Positions 8,892-18,807 of a stretch of 37,009 nt of DNA are shown piece by piece (the first letter of the stretch is position 1; each line of letters begins with the position of its first letter). The notes beneath the pieces are model-generated. The model saw only the letters and a program-made list of their open reading frames with translations. It made no database searches and was not told where the DNA came from. This stretch comes from Caldisphaera sp. Its GTDB lineage: Archaea > Thermoproteota > Thermoprotei_A > Sulfolobales > Acidilobaceae. The translations under genes and the position numbers were made by a program. The DNA is taken from assembly GCA_049971805.1 (NCBI GenBank), contig JBMFKU010000013.1:1-37009 (forward strand), given 5' to 3'.

Positions 8892-11594
8892 TTATTTATT
8901 ATCTTTGTGCATTTTTCTCAATACGTATTGTAGTATGCCACCATTTTTATAATACTCTATCTCTATCGGGGTATCTAGTCTCACCCTTGCTTTAAATTCT
9001 ATGATTTTACCATTTTCTTTCTTTGCCTTAACAGTTACTATTTTCTTTGGCGTTAGATCCTCTTCTATTCCTGTTATGTCATAAATTTCGCTTCCATCCA
9101 ATCCTAGTTCATCAGGTCCTTCATTTGGCATAAATTCCAAAGGTAATATTCCCATACCTACAAGATTACTTCTGTGTATTCTTTCATAAGTTTTTGCTAT
9201 TACAGCTTTTATACCTAGCAAATAAGGTCCTTTAGCTGCCCAATCCCTGCTACTTCCCATGCCATATTGATTTCTTCCTAAAATTATCACAGGTATTTTT
9301 TCTTGCTTGTATTTTGTAGAGGCATCAAATATGTGCATTATTTCTTTTGCTGGCCAGTAAATAGTATATCCTCCTTCTTTATCTTTCACAAGCAAGTTTC
9401 TAAACTTAGGATTATCAAATGTGCACCTCATCATGACTTCGTGGTTCCCTCTTCTGCTACCACAAGTGTTTAACTCACTTGGTTTAACTCCTAAAGACAT
9501 TAGATATTGACCAGCTTTAGAATTTGGACTAATGCTACCTGCGGGGCTTATGTGATCCGTGGTTGTTCTATCTGGCGCATAAACTAAAACCCTAGCATTT
9601 TTAATATCATGCAATTCTTCTACATTTTCTTTCAGTCCTTCAAAGAATGGAGGTTTCTTTATGTATGTACTTGACTTATCCCATTTATATGTTTCGCTTT
9701 CAGTTACATCAATTTTGTTCCATGCTGATGTACCTTCAAATATGTCTTTGTATTTTTCTTGATATGTTTTCGCATCTAAAGCAACTTCAACTGCTTTTTT
9801 AATTTCGTTGCTTGTTGGCCAGATGTCTTTTAAATAAACTGGTTCGCCGTTTGGATCATAACCTAATGGTTCATTATCAAAATCTATGTCAATTCTCCCT
9901 GCCAATGCATAGGCAACAACTAATGGAGGACTAGCTAGGAAGGCTCCTGTTGCCAATGGATGTACTCTTCCTGAAAAGTTTCTGTTACCGCTTAAAACGG
10001 CAGCAGCATACAATCCTTCTTTTCTTAATGTATCTTCAATTTCATTTCTTAGTGGACCTGTATTTCCAATGCATACAGTACAACCATAGCCTGTTATGTG
10101 AAATCCTATAGCTTCTAAATATGGTAACAGATTTAGCTTTGTTAAATATTCAGTAACAACCCTACTCCCTGGAGCATTGCTAGTTTTTACCCATGGCTTT
10201 ACTTTAAGCCCTCTTTCAACTGCTTTTTTTGCAACAAGACCTGCTGCTATCATAACGCTTGGATTACTTGTGTTTGTACAACTTGTTATTGCTGCAATAA
10301 TTAAGCTTCCATCTCTTAATTCTATTAAATCGCTTCCTAATCTAATCGTTACACTTTTTGCGTTTCTTTTCTTTTCTTGTAAATATTTATTTATTAAATC
10401 ATTTAAAACTTTTTTAGAGTTCTTTAATGGGATTCTATCTTCGGGATTGGCTGGTCCAGCTATTGCTGGCTCTACTTCGCTCAAATCAATTATCATTACA
10501 TCGCTATATTTAGGCTCAGGATTACTTAAATCATACCATAGGCCCAATCTTTTGGCGATATCAGCCACGAATTCAACGTGTTTTGGATCTCTTCCTGAAC
10601 CAAGCAAATATTGTATAGTTGCTTCATCTATTGGGAAATATCCCATAGTTGCACCATATTCTGGAGCCATGTTAGCTAATGTTGCTCTATCTGGTACGCT
10701 TAATTTTTTAACCCCTTCACCAAAGAATTCAACGAATTTGCCTACAACTCCTTTCTTTCTTAGCTTTTCTGTTATATATAAAACCAAGTCTGTTGTTGTT
10801 ACTCCTTCTTTTAATTCTCCAACTAGTTTGACTCCTATAACTTCAGGTATTAACATATAATAGGGTTGCCCTAAAATTGTTGCTTCCGCCTCGATACCTC
10901 CAACTCCCCAACCTAATACTCCTAATCCGTTGATCATTGTTGTATGGCTGTCTGTACCTAAAACACTATCAGGGTATGCTATCAATCCTCTTTTAGTTTC
11001 TCCTAACCATATTACCTTAGCTAGATATTCTAAATTTACTTGATGTATAATACCTTTGCCGGGTGGAACAACTCTAAAGTTTTGAAAAGATTTTTGCGCC
11101 CATTTTAATAGTCTGTATCTTTCAGAATTCCTTTCAAATTCTTTTTGCATGTTTTTCTCTAAAGCTAAAGAAGTCCCGTAATAGTCTATTTGAACGCTGT
11201 GGTCTATTATCAAATCAACAGGTATTATTGGATTTACCTTTTTTGGATCATTTCCCAATTCTTTAAACGCATCTCTCATAGTTGCTAAGTCTATAACTGC
11301 TGGTACACCTGTTAAGTCTTGCATTACAACTCTTGTTGGATGTAATGGAATCTCAACCTTTCCTGCATTTTCTTTCCAATTCATAATATTTTTAACATCT
11401 TCATCTCTCACAACAAAACCGTCATAGTTTCTCAATATATTTTCTGCTAAAATCCTTATTGAGTATGGCATTTCCTCTAGTTTGCCCAACCCTAATGAGT
11501 TTATCTTAGATAAATTAACAAAATAGGCAGAGCCTTGATATGTATCTATTTTTTCAAATAATTCTTCCAAATTTTTTCCTGCCAATTCTGGCAC
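8892..11594 (-). CDS. acnA: Aconitate hydratase A
   Basis: 'RVVMQDLTGVPA', 'IIDHSVQ', 'GTDSHTT', 'AAITSCTNTSNP', 'GYGCTVCIGN', 'GMGSSRDWAAKG'. Confidence 0.97.
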   Translation of the reverse strand: MPELAGKNLEELFEKIDTYQGSAYFVNLSKINSLGLGKLEEMPYSIRILAENILRNYDGFVVRDEDVKNIMNWKENAGKVEIPLHPTRVVMQDLTGVPAVIDLATMRDAFKELGNDPKKVNPIIPVDLIIDHSVQIDYYGTSLALEKNMQKEFERNSERYRLLKWAQKSFQNFRVVPPGKGIIHQVNLEYLAKVIWLGETKRGLIAYPDSVLGTDSHTTMINGLGVLGWGVGGIEAEATILGQPYYMLIPEVIGVKLVGELKEGVTTTDLVLYITEKLRKKGVVGKFVEFFGEGVKKLSVPDRATLANMAPEYGATMGYFPIDEATIQYLLGSGRDPKHVEFVADIAKRLGLWYDLSNPEPKYSDVMIIDLSEVEPAIAGPANPEDRIPLKNSKKVLNDLINKYLQEKKRNAKSVTIRLGSDLIELRDGSLIIAAITSCTNTSNPSVMIAAGLVAKKAVERGLKVKPWVKTSNAPGSRVVTEYLTKLNLLPYLEAIGFHITGYGCTVCIGNTGPLRNEIEDTLRKEGLYAAAVLSGNRNFSGRVHPLATGAFLASPPLVVAYALAGRIDIDFDNEPLGYDPNGEPVYLKDIWPTSNEIKKAVEVALDAKTYQEKYKDIFEGTSAWNKIDVTESETYKWDKSSTYIKKPPFFEGLKENVEELHDIKNARVLVYAPDRTTTDHISPAGSISPNSKAGQYLMSLGVKPSELNTCGSRRGNHEVMMRCTFDNPKFRNLLVKDKEGGYTIYWPAKEIMHIFDASTKYKQEKIPVIILGRNQYGMGSSRDWAAKGPYLLGIKAVIAKTYERIHRSNLVGMGILPLEFMPNEGPDELGLDGSEIYDITGIEEDLTPKKIVTVKAKKENGKIIEFKARVRLDTPIEIEYYKNGGILQYVLRKMHKDNK

Positions 11595-11728
11595 CCAATT
11601 AAACAGTTAAGATTAAGGTATTAAACTATAAAAGTATAAAAATATAGATCTATTAAATAAGCAATATACAGAGAAAACAGGATTGGTATGTATTGAAAAC
11701 CTTTTAGCAATAAAGAGGAGATCAAAAA

Positions 11729-12859
11729 TTGAGGGTTGCAATAATAGGGGCAGGATTTTCTGGATTAATATTTTCTAAATATTTATTAAAAAGCAATATA
11801 GATGTGGATTTATTTGAAGAACACAAATTTGTTGGTATGCCTGAGCACTGTACTGGTATAGTTTCTAGCCTAACAGAAAGACTTATTGGAGATGAGGCTG
11901 AAAAAAATAGGCTTTCCCAATATAATGGTTTAAATATAAGTGGAACAAAGGAGAAAGTTTACCTATCGACTAGAGATCCAGTTATTAAGTTAAATAGAAA
12001 AAAACTAGAAGAAGATTTACTTTATAGCTTTATAAAAAATGGTGGAAGGGATTATTTATCAACTAAGGTTGATGAGATTTCAGATTTAAGTAGAAATAGA
12101 TACGATGCAATAATAATCGCAGACGGGGTCAATGGTTTTTTACACAAGATGGTTGGCTTAGGGTTTAAAGGGAGAATTGTATATGGGATTAATCAAGAGT
12201 TTTGTATTAGAAGTTTAGAAGACCATTTTACAGTTAAATTTGATAGAGTTACATCAAATAACTTTTTTTCTTGGTATGTACCACTTAAGGATAAGGTTAT
12301 CTTAGGAACAGGTGTTGAGAATCAAAGAGAATTGATGAGCACGCAATATAGGCTTAAGAAGTTATATAATATAGATAAAAAAGAATACAAAACATACGGA
12401 GGTTTAATTATATCGGGAGTTAATAAATCATTAATAAGGAAAAATAATATTTTTGTTATTGGCGATGCAGCAGGTATGAATAAGCCTTTGACAGGTGGGG
12501 GGCTATACCCAAATGCATTATCTGCTTATTTGACTTATGTTTTAATTAAAAAAGGGTTTAATTTGCTTGAATCTCTAGAGTCGTCAATAAAATTTACTTT
12601 GGCTTTGCTGTTTAAATCCAACCATCTATCAATAGCTTTACAAAGAAATCCAGAAATAGTAGATGAATTGATAGATATAATCAAAAAAAGTGGTTTAATA
12701 AATGATATAAATAGAAATATAGATTATGATTTTCATTTTGATATAATATATAAAAGTATAAGATCAAGGAACTCTCATAAATTTTTATATAATTTTTTTA
12801 AAAAGGATCCTATAAAATTTTTTAAATTAAGCAAGAGTTTAATTAAAGATATAACTTAA
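11729..12859 (+). CDS. Geranylgeranyl reductase-like FAD-dependent oxidoreductase
   Basis: GxGxxG (GAGFSG), 'PEHCTG', 'IIADG', 'FSWYVP', 'GDAAGMNKPLTGGG'. Confidence 0.8.
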   Translation: MRVAIIGAGFSGLIFSKYLLKSNIDVDLFEEHKFVGMPEHCTGIVSSLTERLIGDEAEKNRLSQYNGLNISGTKEKVYLSTRDPVIKLNRKKLEEDLLYSFIKNGGRDYLSTKVDEISDLSRNRYDAIIIADGVNGFLHKMVGLGFKGRIVYGINQEFCIRSLEDHFTVKFDRVTSNNFFSWYVPLKDKVILGTGVENQRELMSTQYRLKKLYNIDKKEYKTYGGLIISGVNKSLIRKNNIFVIGDAAGMNKPLTGGGLYPNALSAYLTYVLIKKGFNLLESLESSIKFTLALLFKSNHLSIALQRNPEIVDELIDIIKKSGLINDINRNIDYDFHFDIIYKSIRSRNSHKFLYNFFKKDPIKFFKLSKSLIKDIT

Positions 12860-13926
12860 AAATTCTTATTCTTTATATAATCTATAATATTATTGATAGC
12901 CTTATCAAGATTTTCAGTCTCTACATCTATTGCCAACACATTATTGCCCAATTGGAATTTTCCTCCTACTTGGTATCCTAAATTTTTTAGGTTTTCTAAC
13001 ATACTAAATAAATTAATATCATCTTTCCTTGTTCTTATGTAAATAGACGCATTTCCTGTGCTTTTAGCTAAATAACCGATCATTATTATATCATTTGGAT
13101 GTTTATATGATATTTCCCTTGAAATTTTGCTTATAAGTCTAGCTTTTCCATCAATCTTTGCAAAATAGATATTTTCCTTAATTTTTTCTAGCTTATTTTC
13201 TGTTTTATTTATTAAAGAATTTAGCTCTTCTTCAGCTTCTAGTCTTAATGTAGTTAATACTGGATCACTTAAAAGTGCATAGCATGGATCAAGACCTCCA
13301 TAAGCTAAAGAGCTAGGAAGGGTTTTTATAATATCTATTTTACCCATAGCCTCTGCACCCCAAATTTGCAATGAGCAATTTAATGGCATTTCGAAATCAT
13401 CTATTGGATCAAGACCTATTTCATTCATATACTTTTTAAAAACTTTATTATTTTTTGCTGCATTATCCAAGTCTCCAACAATACTGCTTGATATTAATAA
13501 AGGATCATAGGATCCAGTTAAAGATGCGATAACATGGGCAGCACTTGGCCATAATCCTTCGGGATCCCCGTTTTTTGCAGGATTATAATATATAACAGAA
13601 ACGGATTTTGGTGTGTCATTAGTGGTATGATGGTCTATTGATATAACAGGCTTCCCAAGCTTAGCACTTAAAGACACTAAATATTTGGAAGGCAGATTTA
13701 GATCTAGAATAACTATTGTATCATGGTTTTCTGCTTTCGTTGATAGCATTTCTAAGTAATTTTCATCAATTTTATATTCAAAAGGAGGGGATTCAAATTC
13801 TAGTTCTTGACCTATATATGTTGCCAATGTGGCTGCAGAGATGACTCCATCTGCATCCCAGTGATGTATAACTAGCGGATTGCTATGAGTTAAAAGTCTC
13901 ATTAGATTCTTTTCATTATAGCTCAT
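12856..13926 (-). CDS. DHH-family phosphoesterase (RecJ/NrnA-like)
   Basis: 'HHWDADG', 'ILDL', 'IDHH', and C-terminal 'GG' motif of the DHHA1 region. Confidence 0.82.
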   Translation of the reverse strand: MSYNEKNLMRLLTHSNPLVIHHWDADGVISAATLATYIGQELEFESPPFEYKIDENYLEMLSTKAENHDTIVILDLNLPSKYLVSLSAKLGKPVISIDHHTTNDTPKSVSVIYYNPAKNGDPEGLWPSAAHVIASLTGSYDPLLISSSIVGDLDNAAKNNKVFKKYMNEIGLDPIDDFEMPLNCSLQIWGAEAMGKIDIIKTLPSSLAYGGLDPCYALLSDPVLTTLRLEAEEELNSLINKTENKLEKIKENIYFAKIDGKARLISKISREISYKHPNDIIMIGYLAKSTGNASIYIRTRKDDINLFSMLENLKNLGYQVGGKFQLGNNVLAIDVETENLDKAINNIIDYIKNKNF

Positions 13927-14183
13927 TAATCACACCCTTTTTCGCATAAAATTAAAACATAATCTGCTATTTTTTTGGCTAGTATATCTGGGTTCTCAAC
14001 TTCTTCTCTGTTAAGCAGATCTAATAAGTTTGATACTAACGATTGATAATTTTTTCCACTTAATCCGTTTTGTTTTTCATTTCTTGATGATATAACAAAG
14101 GTTTCTAACTCCATTAATGAATATGGATCTGCTCCTATATTATATTTTATAAATGCCTTCCTTAATGCGTCATGTGCTTTCAT
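13926..14183 (-). CDS. Hypothetical protein
   Basis: 85-aa ORF whose stop overlaps the DHH start (TAATG); GGTAG-like RBS; co-oriented in an operon. Confidence 0.7.
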   Translation of the reverse strand: MKAHDALRKAFIKYNIGADPYSLMELETFVISSRNEKQNGLSGKNYQSLVSNLLDLLNREEVENPDILAKKIADYVLILCEKGCD

Positions 14184-14219
14184 TTTGTTTCTACCAAAAG
14201 GATAGCTGTTAAAGAAATT

Positions 14220-14684
14220 TTAAATATCTAGGCTACTATTTCTTTTTATCTTATTTTCTACTTTTACATTAAAAATTTGCGTGTTTGGATATAATCCCTT
14301 TTCATCCTTCTCGTACTGCTTTGTCATGTCCCATATTGTTAATAGTGCAGCCATAACCCCAGCTAATGCATCCATTTCAACTCCTGTTTCTGCCTTTGTT
14401 TTAACTTTTACGATAACCTTGATGCTATTATTGCTGTAATCAAAATTAACATCTACATTAGTTATAGGTAGTGGATGGACCAGAGGGATTATCTTAGATG
14501 AATCCTTAGCAGCGAGTATAGCCGCAACCGAAGAAACAGCTTCTACATCACCTTTTTCAATCTCTTTATTTTTTATTTTTCTAATAGTTTCTTCTTTAAG
14601 CTTTATTTCACCAGAGGCTATAGCTTCTCTATATATTATAGGTTTATTGGTAACATCAACCATATGAGCCATTTTTATCCCCAT
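14220..14684 (-). CDS. moaC: Cyclic pyranopterin monophosphate synthase
   Basis: 'MVDVTNK', 'KGDV', 'IIPLVHPL', 'TGVEMDAL', 'IWDMTK'. Confidence 0.93.
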   Translation of the reverse strand: MGIKMAHMVDVTNKPIIYREAIASGEIKLKEETIRKIKNKEIEKGDVEAVSSVAAILAAKDSSKIIPLVHPLPITNVDVNFDYSNNSIKVIVKVKTKAETGVEMDALAGVMAALLTIWDMTKQYEKDEKGLYPNTQIFNVKVENKIKRNSSLDI

Positions 14685-14746
14685 TAAAGGTTAATGCCTA
14701 AAATTTTTTAGTTTTTATCATTAAAATTAAAAGGGCTTTATTTAAT

Positions 14747-15010
14747 TTACAGGCTTTCAATCTCTTTAATTATTTCATAGAGTCCGCTTATTTTTGGATT
14801 TCTTAAATCTACCATATAGATTCTTAATCTTCCATATCTTTTTTCTTCAACTATTCCTAACTTTTTTAGGTCCTCCATATTTTTAACTACAACATCATGA
14901 TGCAATCCAGTTAATTTCACTAACCTAGAAATATTTATTTGGCCCTCTTTCATTAACACCTTTAAAATTCTTACCTTGCCTTTGCTTGCTAAAACTTTTT
15001 CTATATCCAA
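14747..15010 (-). CDS. ArsR-like winged-helix protein
   Basis: 'RILKVL..GQINISRLVKLTGL..HDVVVKNMEDL..LGIVEE.RYGR.RIY'; 13 bp downstream of orc1-2. Confidence 0.8.
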   Translation of the reverse strand: MDIEKVLASKGKVRILKVLMKEGQINISRLVKLTGLHHDVVVKNMEDLKKLGIVEEKRYGRLRIYMVDLRNPKISGLYEIIKEIESL

Positions 15011-15023
15011 ATTTCTTCCCTTT

Positions 15024-16259
15024 TTACCCTCTATTAGGGCTGCCAGCTCTATCTAATAGTATAGATTCTATAACTTCTTTTAATCTTTCTGCTGGAATAT
15101 CTAAGGGAAGCCTTATCATTGTTGTTTTCCCTCTAATACCTTTCCCAGATATCTTTGTTTCAGCAAGACCCATATTGTTTAAATTTTTGAGATATTCATA
15201 AAACTGTGTATGTTTTCTAGGCTCTTCACCATAACCTTTTGATAATCCTCCATATTCTTCTTCCACTTCTCCACTGGTTAGCCAACCCCCCTTTTGTATT
15301 AATAAACTAGAAATTGCCTGCAAAATAATTAGTTCATGCAAACTTAATCCTCTTATAATATCTATAGGGATATTTGATACAGCGTTTGTACTTATGGCTT
15401 CTCTTATATGCTTTTCTTCAATTTTATCAGAATTTTCTGCATCTGCTATTTCAGCTGCCATTCTTAATGTTAAAATAGCTTTTCTTGCGCTTCCATCTCC
15501 TCCTTTTATTTCTGAATAGCCAAAATAATCTGCTATCATGTTTAAGGTATCTTGATCATAAGCTGTATCATAAAGTCCTTCAACTGCTCTTTGCTCTATA
15601 ATTGTTTTTAATTCTTCACTGCTATATGGCATTAAGTGTACTCTAAATCCTATTTGAGATTCCACTTGAGGAATCCTCTCTTTCATATAGCTTAATACCC
15701 TGAAGTCTTGAGAAATTAGCAAGAAGTTTAGCCTATTTATATTATCCTTTGGAGGGATCTCCTCATAAACCCTTAAAAGAAGGTAAAGTTCATCATCGCT
15801 TAGCTTTGTAGACATTAGAAGGGATTGAAATTCATCTAAAACAACTAAGGCATAGGCATCTCTTATATACAAGAAATCAGATATGGCTTTTAATACTTCT
15901 ATTGTTGCATTACCTCTTACTGGTATGTTTAGATCAAGTTCTGAGACAATCCTAGATAAAATTTGATGTAAGCTTGGGGCTCCATAGACATTTATATAAA
16001 CAGGTTTAAAATTTATTCCTTTTTCCTCGGCTTTTTTTGATAATATTTTTGAAACATATTTTGCTAAGGTAGTCTTTCCAATACCTACTTTGCCTATCGA
16101 ACCGTATACAACTGTAACATCTGTAGAACCAGAACCTTCACCCAATCGAGACATATATCTTGAAATTAAGACATTGGCTTCCGAGTCCCTAACTAATAAA
16201 GTTGATGGTATATATGTTTCATCAAATATGCCTCTGTTGATAAATATCTTTCCTGACAT
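15024..16259 (-). CDS. cdc6: Orc1/Cdc6 AAA+ protein, Orc1-2 (Aeropyrum ORC2-like) clade
   Basis: Atypical Walker A 'YGSIGKVGIGKTT', Walker B 'VVLDEFQ', 'IPQVESQIGF', 'GGDGSARKAI', winged helix 'SGKGIRGKTT'; matches A. pernix ORC2 as I recall it. Confidence 0.93.
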   Translation of the reverse strand: MSGKIFINRGIFDETYIPSTLLVRDSEANVLISRYMSRLGEGSGSTDVTVVYGSIGKVGIGKTTLAKYVSKILSKKAEEKGINFKPVYINVYGAPSLHQILSRIVSELDLNIPVRGNATIEVLKAISDFLYIRDAYALVVLDEFQSLLMSTKLSDDELYLLLRVYEEIPPKDNINRLNFLLISQDFRVLSYMKERIPQVESQIGFRVHLMPYSSEELKTIIEQRAVEGLYDTAYDQDTLNMIADYFGYSEIKGGDGSARKAILTLRMAAEIADAENSDKIEEKHIREAISTNAVSNIPIDIIRGLSLHELIILQAISSLLIQKGGWLTSGEVEEEYGGLSKGYGEEPRKHTQFYEYLKNLNNMGLAETKISGKGIRGKTTMIRLPLDIPAERLKEVIESILLDRAGSPNRG

Positions 16260-16382
16260 GTTTTATCCCTTTGTTTAATTTTGATTTAGATTAAAACATA
16301 ACACTTTCGACTACCTCTTTAACTAATCTCACTCTCACAAATGAAAGTATTGTTAATTAAGTTTGAAATACTTTTCTATAGC

Positions 16383-16886
16383 TTAATAAATTATAATACA
16401 TGAAGGTCCGCATTTTCTGATAATACCATTTCCAGAAATTATTAAATCATCTATGCTTTCTACAGCTAAAACATAATTAGATTTCTTTGTTATGTTATAT
16501 CCTTCTTCTTTTATAATATTTATTATTTCATCTTCATTAATCTTATTTTTTATAGGTTCTCTTAGATGCATCATCAATTTTATGTATCCTTTTGGCAATT
16601 CATTAAGGGACTTTATTATTACATTTAGCTCATTACCGCAATACTTTATCGGTAGAACTCTGCTTAAAAACGCGTGTTGATATTGTAAAAAATTGTTAGC
16701 AACTTTTTCTATTTTAACACTAAGATATATTAAAAACACGCCTCTATATCTTGTTTTTTCTATTATTGCATTTTGGTCTGCTTCAAATACAGTATCATAA
16801 AGTTCTTCATATGCCCAAGAATCCTTTGATGGTAGCGAGACTGCTATCAAATTTGGGCAGATGGGCAAATTTCTTTTAGAAAGCAC
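16383..16886 (-). CDS. Hypothetical protein, possibly THUMP-domain-like
   Basis: 'EELYDTVF..D...TRYRGVFLI...FLSRVLPI' resembles crenarchaeal THUMP proteins; start uncertain because it overlaps nth. Confidence 0.55.
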   Translation of the reverse strand: MLSKRNLPICPNLIAVSLPSKDSWAYEELYDTVFEADQNAIIEKTRYRGVFLIYLSVKIEKVANNFLQYQHAFLSRVLPIKYCGNELNVIIKSLNELPKGYIKLMMHLREPIKNKINEDEIINIIKEEGYNITKKSNYVLAVESIDDLIISGNGIIRKCGPSCIIIY

Positions 16887-17536
16887 TCTTTACACCTCGG
16901 TTTTTTTGCCTTACAATAGCTTCTTCCAAATGCTATTAATAACCTATGGGCTTTATCAGAAAGTTCAGGAGTAAAAAATTCTAATAATTTATTTGATATT
17001 TCTTTATAAGATGAATTTTTGTTGGCTAATCCCCATCTAATAGAGATCCTTCTTATATGAGTATCTATAGGAAAAACTGGATAATGCCTTACAAATGATA
17101 AAAACACATCGGTTGTTTTTTCTCCTATACCTGGCAACTCCATTAATTCTTGCTTTAAAACCATTTCATTTTCTTTTAATAGATAATCTTCTCCTTTATT
17201 AATAATAAAATTTGCTAATGAAACTATGCTCCTTGTCTTTTGTTTTGGTAAACCTGCAGGTCTTATTATTTCTGATATTTTCTCCGCACCTAGCCTTATT
17301 ATGATTCTTGGATCCAATTTGGTCTTATTATACAGCATTTCAAATGCCTTTATTGCATTTTTATCTGTTGTATTCTGGCTTAATACTATTGAGATCAATA
17401 TAGAAAATGGTGTTTTTATCAAAGATGATGCAAATGTTGGAGTAAAATCATTTTGGTTTATCATAAGGTTTCTCGATAATATTTCGTATAGCTCTTTACC
17501 ATTAATTTTAATTTTTCCTTTGTAATTTTCTGCCAA
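16847..17536 (-). CDS. nth: Endonuclease III (HhH-GPD, 4Fe-4S)
   Basis: 'VLSQNTTD', HhH 'LPGIGEKT', 'FPIDTHI', C-x6-C-x2-C-x5-C. Confidence 0.93.
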   Translation of the reverse strand: MAENYKGKIKINGKELYEILSRNLMINQNDFTPTFASSLIKTPFSILISIVLSQNTTDKNAIKAFEMLYNKTKLDPRIIIRLGAEKISEIIRPAGLPKQKTRSIVSLANFIINKGEDYLLKENEMVLKQELMELPGIGEKTTDVFLSFVRHYPVFPIDTHIRRISIRWGLANKNSSYKEISNKLLEFFTPELSDKAHRLLIAFGRSYCKAKKPRCKECFLKEICPSAQI

Positions 17537-17739
17537 GCTACATAACCTCTTTTAAAACAAGCTCTATGTTGCGCATGTCGCAACGAGAGCTGTAATCATC
17601 GGTTGTCCTCATATGGTTTGCTTTAGCTCATCCAAATAGAATTGTTTAAATAGAATTTTTAAATGTTTTATTCGATAGTATAAGATAAAATTTTGCATCT
17701 AATAGAACTTAAATTGGTTAAAAATTAAATATAAGGAAG

Positions 17740-18306
17740 GTGAAGCTTATGGGTAATTTAAAAATTATAATACAGCCAATTGGAATTACAAATGCAGAAG
17801 ACGTAGATTATTTAGCTGAAAATTTAAGTAAAAGCTTTCCTTTTGATATTACCATATTTCCAGTAATTTGGTCTATGCAACCACCCTACGGTTCATATAA
17901 TATAGAAAGGATGCAATACAATGCAGATTTGATAAATAATTTTTTAGCAAACTATTATAAGGATTATATAAAAGATAATGTATATGTATTAGGTATAGCA
18001 GGGTTTGATGGATATTATGAGGGATTAAACTTTGTTTTTGGCTTAGCTAACATAGACTTGAGGGTTGCAACTGTTTATACTGAAAGACTTAAAGATGCAG
18101 GCTCTTTAAATATATATAAAGAAAGATTGTTAAAGGAAAGCATACACGAATTGGGCCATTTGTTTGGGTTGGGTCATTGCAAAAACAAAGGGTGTGTTAT
18201 GAATTTTAGCAATAATCTAGAAGAAGTAGATAAAAAAGGGAAAGATTTTTGTGAAGAATGTAAATTAAAATTGAAAAAATTTAAATATCAACTACAAAAT
18301 CAATAA
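17740..18306 (+). CDS. amzA: Archaemetzincin (peptidase M54)
   Basis: 'HELGHLFGLGHC..GCVMNFS...VDKK...FCEEC', 'LNFVFG', 'RMQYNA'. Confidence 0.93.
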   Translation: MKLMGNLKIIIQPIGITNAEDVDYLAENLSKSFPFDITIFPVIWSMQPPYGSYNIERMQYNADLINNFLANYYKDYIKDNVYVLGIAGFDGYYEGLNFVFGLANIDLRVATVYTERLKDAGSLNIYKERLLKESIHELGHLFGLGHCKNKGCVMNFSNNLEEVDKKGKDFCEECKLKLKKFKYQLQNQ

Positions 18307-18706
18307 TCCAACAATTATTAGAAAATTTTATATCCATTTGAGAATAAGTCATGGCTTTAACAATTGTTCTATGCTCATGTATTTCTTTATTAAATTTCTC
18401 CCCCATTGCTACTGCTTTTAATTTATTTTCATTTATTTTTTCTACATTAAATTTGCTGAAAACAAGGCCTTCAGAGTCTGTATAAAAGAGAAGAGATTCT
18501 ATCCATCTGTATAGTAAATTATATAGGTCAAATCCTTCAATCTCAATATATCTACTTTCTATCTGCTTGACCTTTTTTGTATCAGTCATAACCTCATAAA
18601 CTGCTAGTGCAGATTGCTCGAAACTCTCTTCTAGGTTTCTTCCATATGCTCTGATCAGCACGTCGCTTGTATGGTCTAAAAATTCAAACCCAGAGCATTT
18701 TTCCAT
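18281..18706 (-). CDS. Archease (RtcB activator)
   Basis: 'FLDHTSDV..RAYG', 'VKAMTY', C-terminal 'VVDI'. Confidence 0.95.
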   Translation of the reverse strand: MEKCSGFEFLDHTSDVLIRAYGRNLEESFEQSALAVYEVMTDTKKVKQIESRYIEIEGFDLYNLLYRWIESLLFYTDSEGLVFSKFNVEKINENKLKAVAMGEKFNKEIHEHRTIVKAMTYSQMDIKFSNNCWIIDFVVDI

Positions 18707-18807
18707 TTTTCCACCATTTATTAATATGCAAACAAGGTTTTTTCTTTTATTGTTTTATAGTTGATTTTTATTAAACTTCTTATTTTTTATTAAAACAGGG
18801 GTAAAAA

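Noticed and set aside
10177-10860. 227-aa + strand ORF and the other antisense ORFs (3749, 4572, 7774, 14986, 16090, 16492, 17226, 19587, 20648, 22453, 26296, 30181, 31790, 32815, 33228, 33642, 34050, 34286, 35347)
   Set aside because: They overlap well-supported genes on the opposite strand and have no recognisable motifs.
16260-16382. Replication origin next to cdc6
   Set aside because: No ORB-like repeats (TCCA..GGAAA with a G-string) seen; the gap is short and Orc1-2-type genes are not reliable origin markers.
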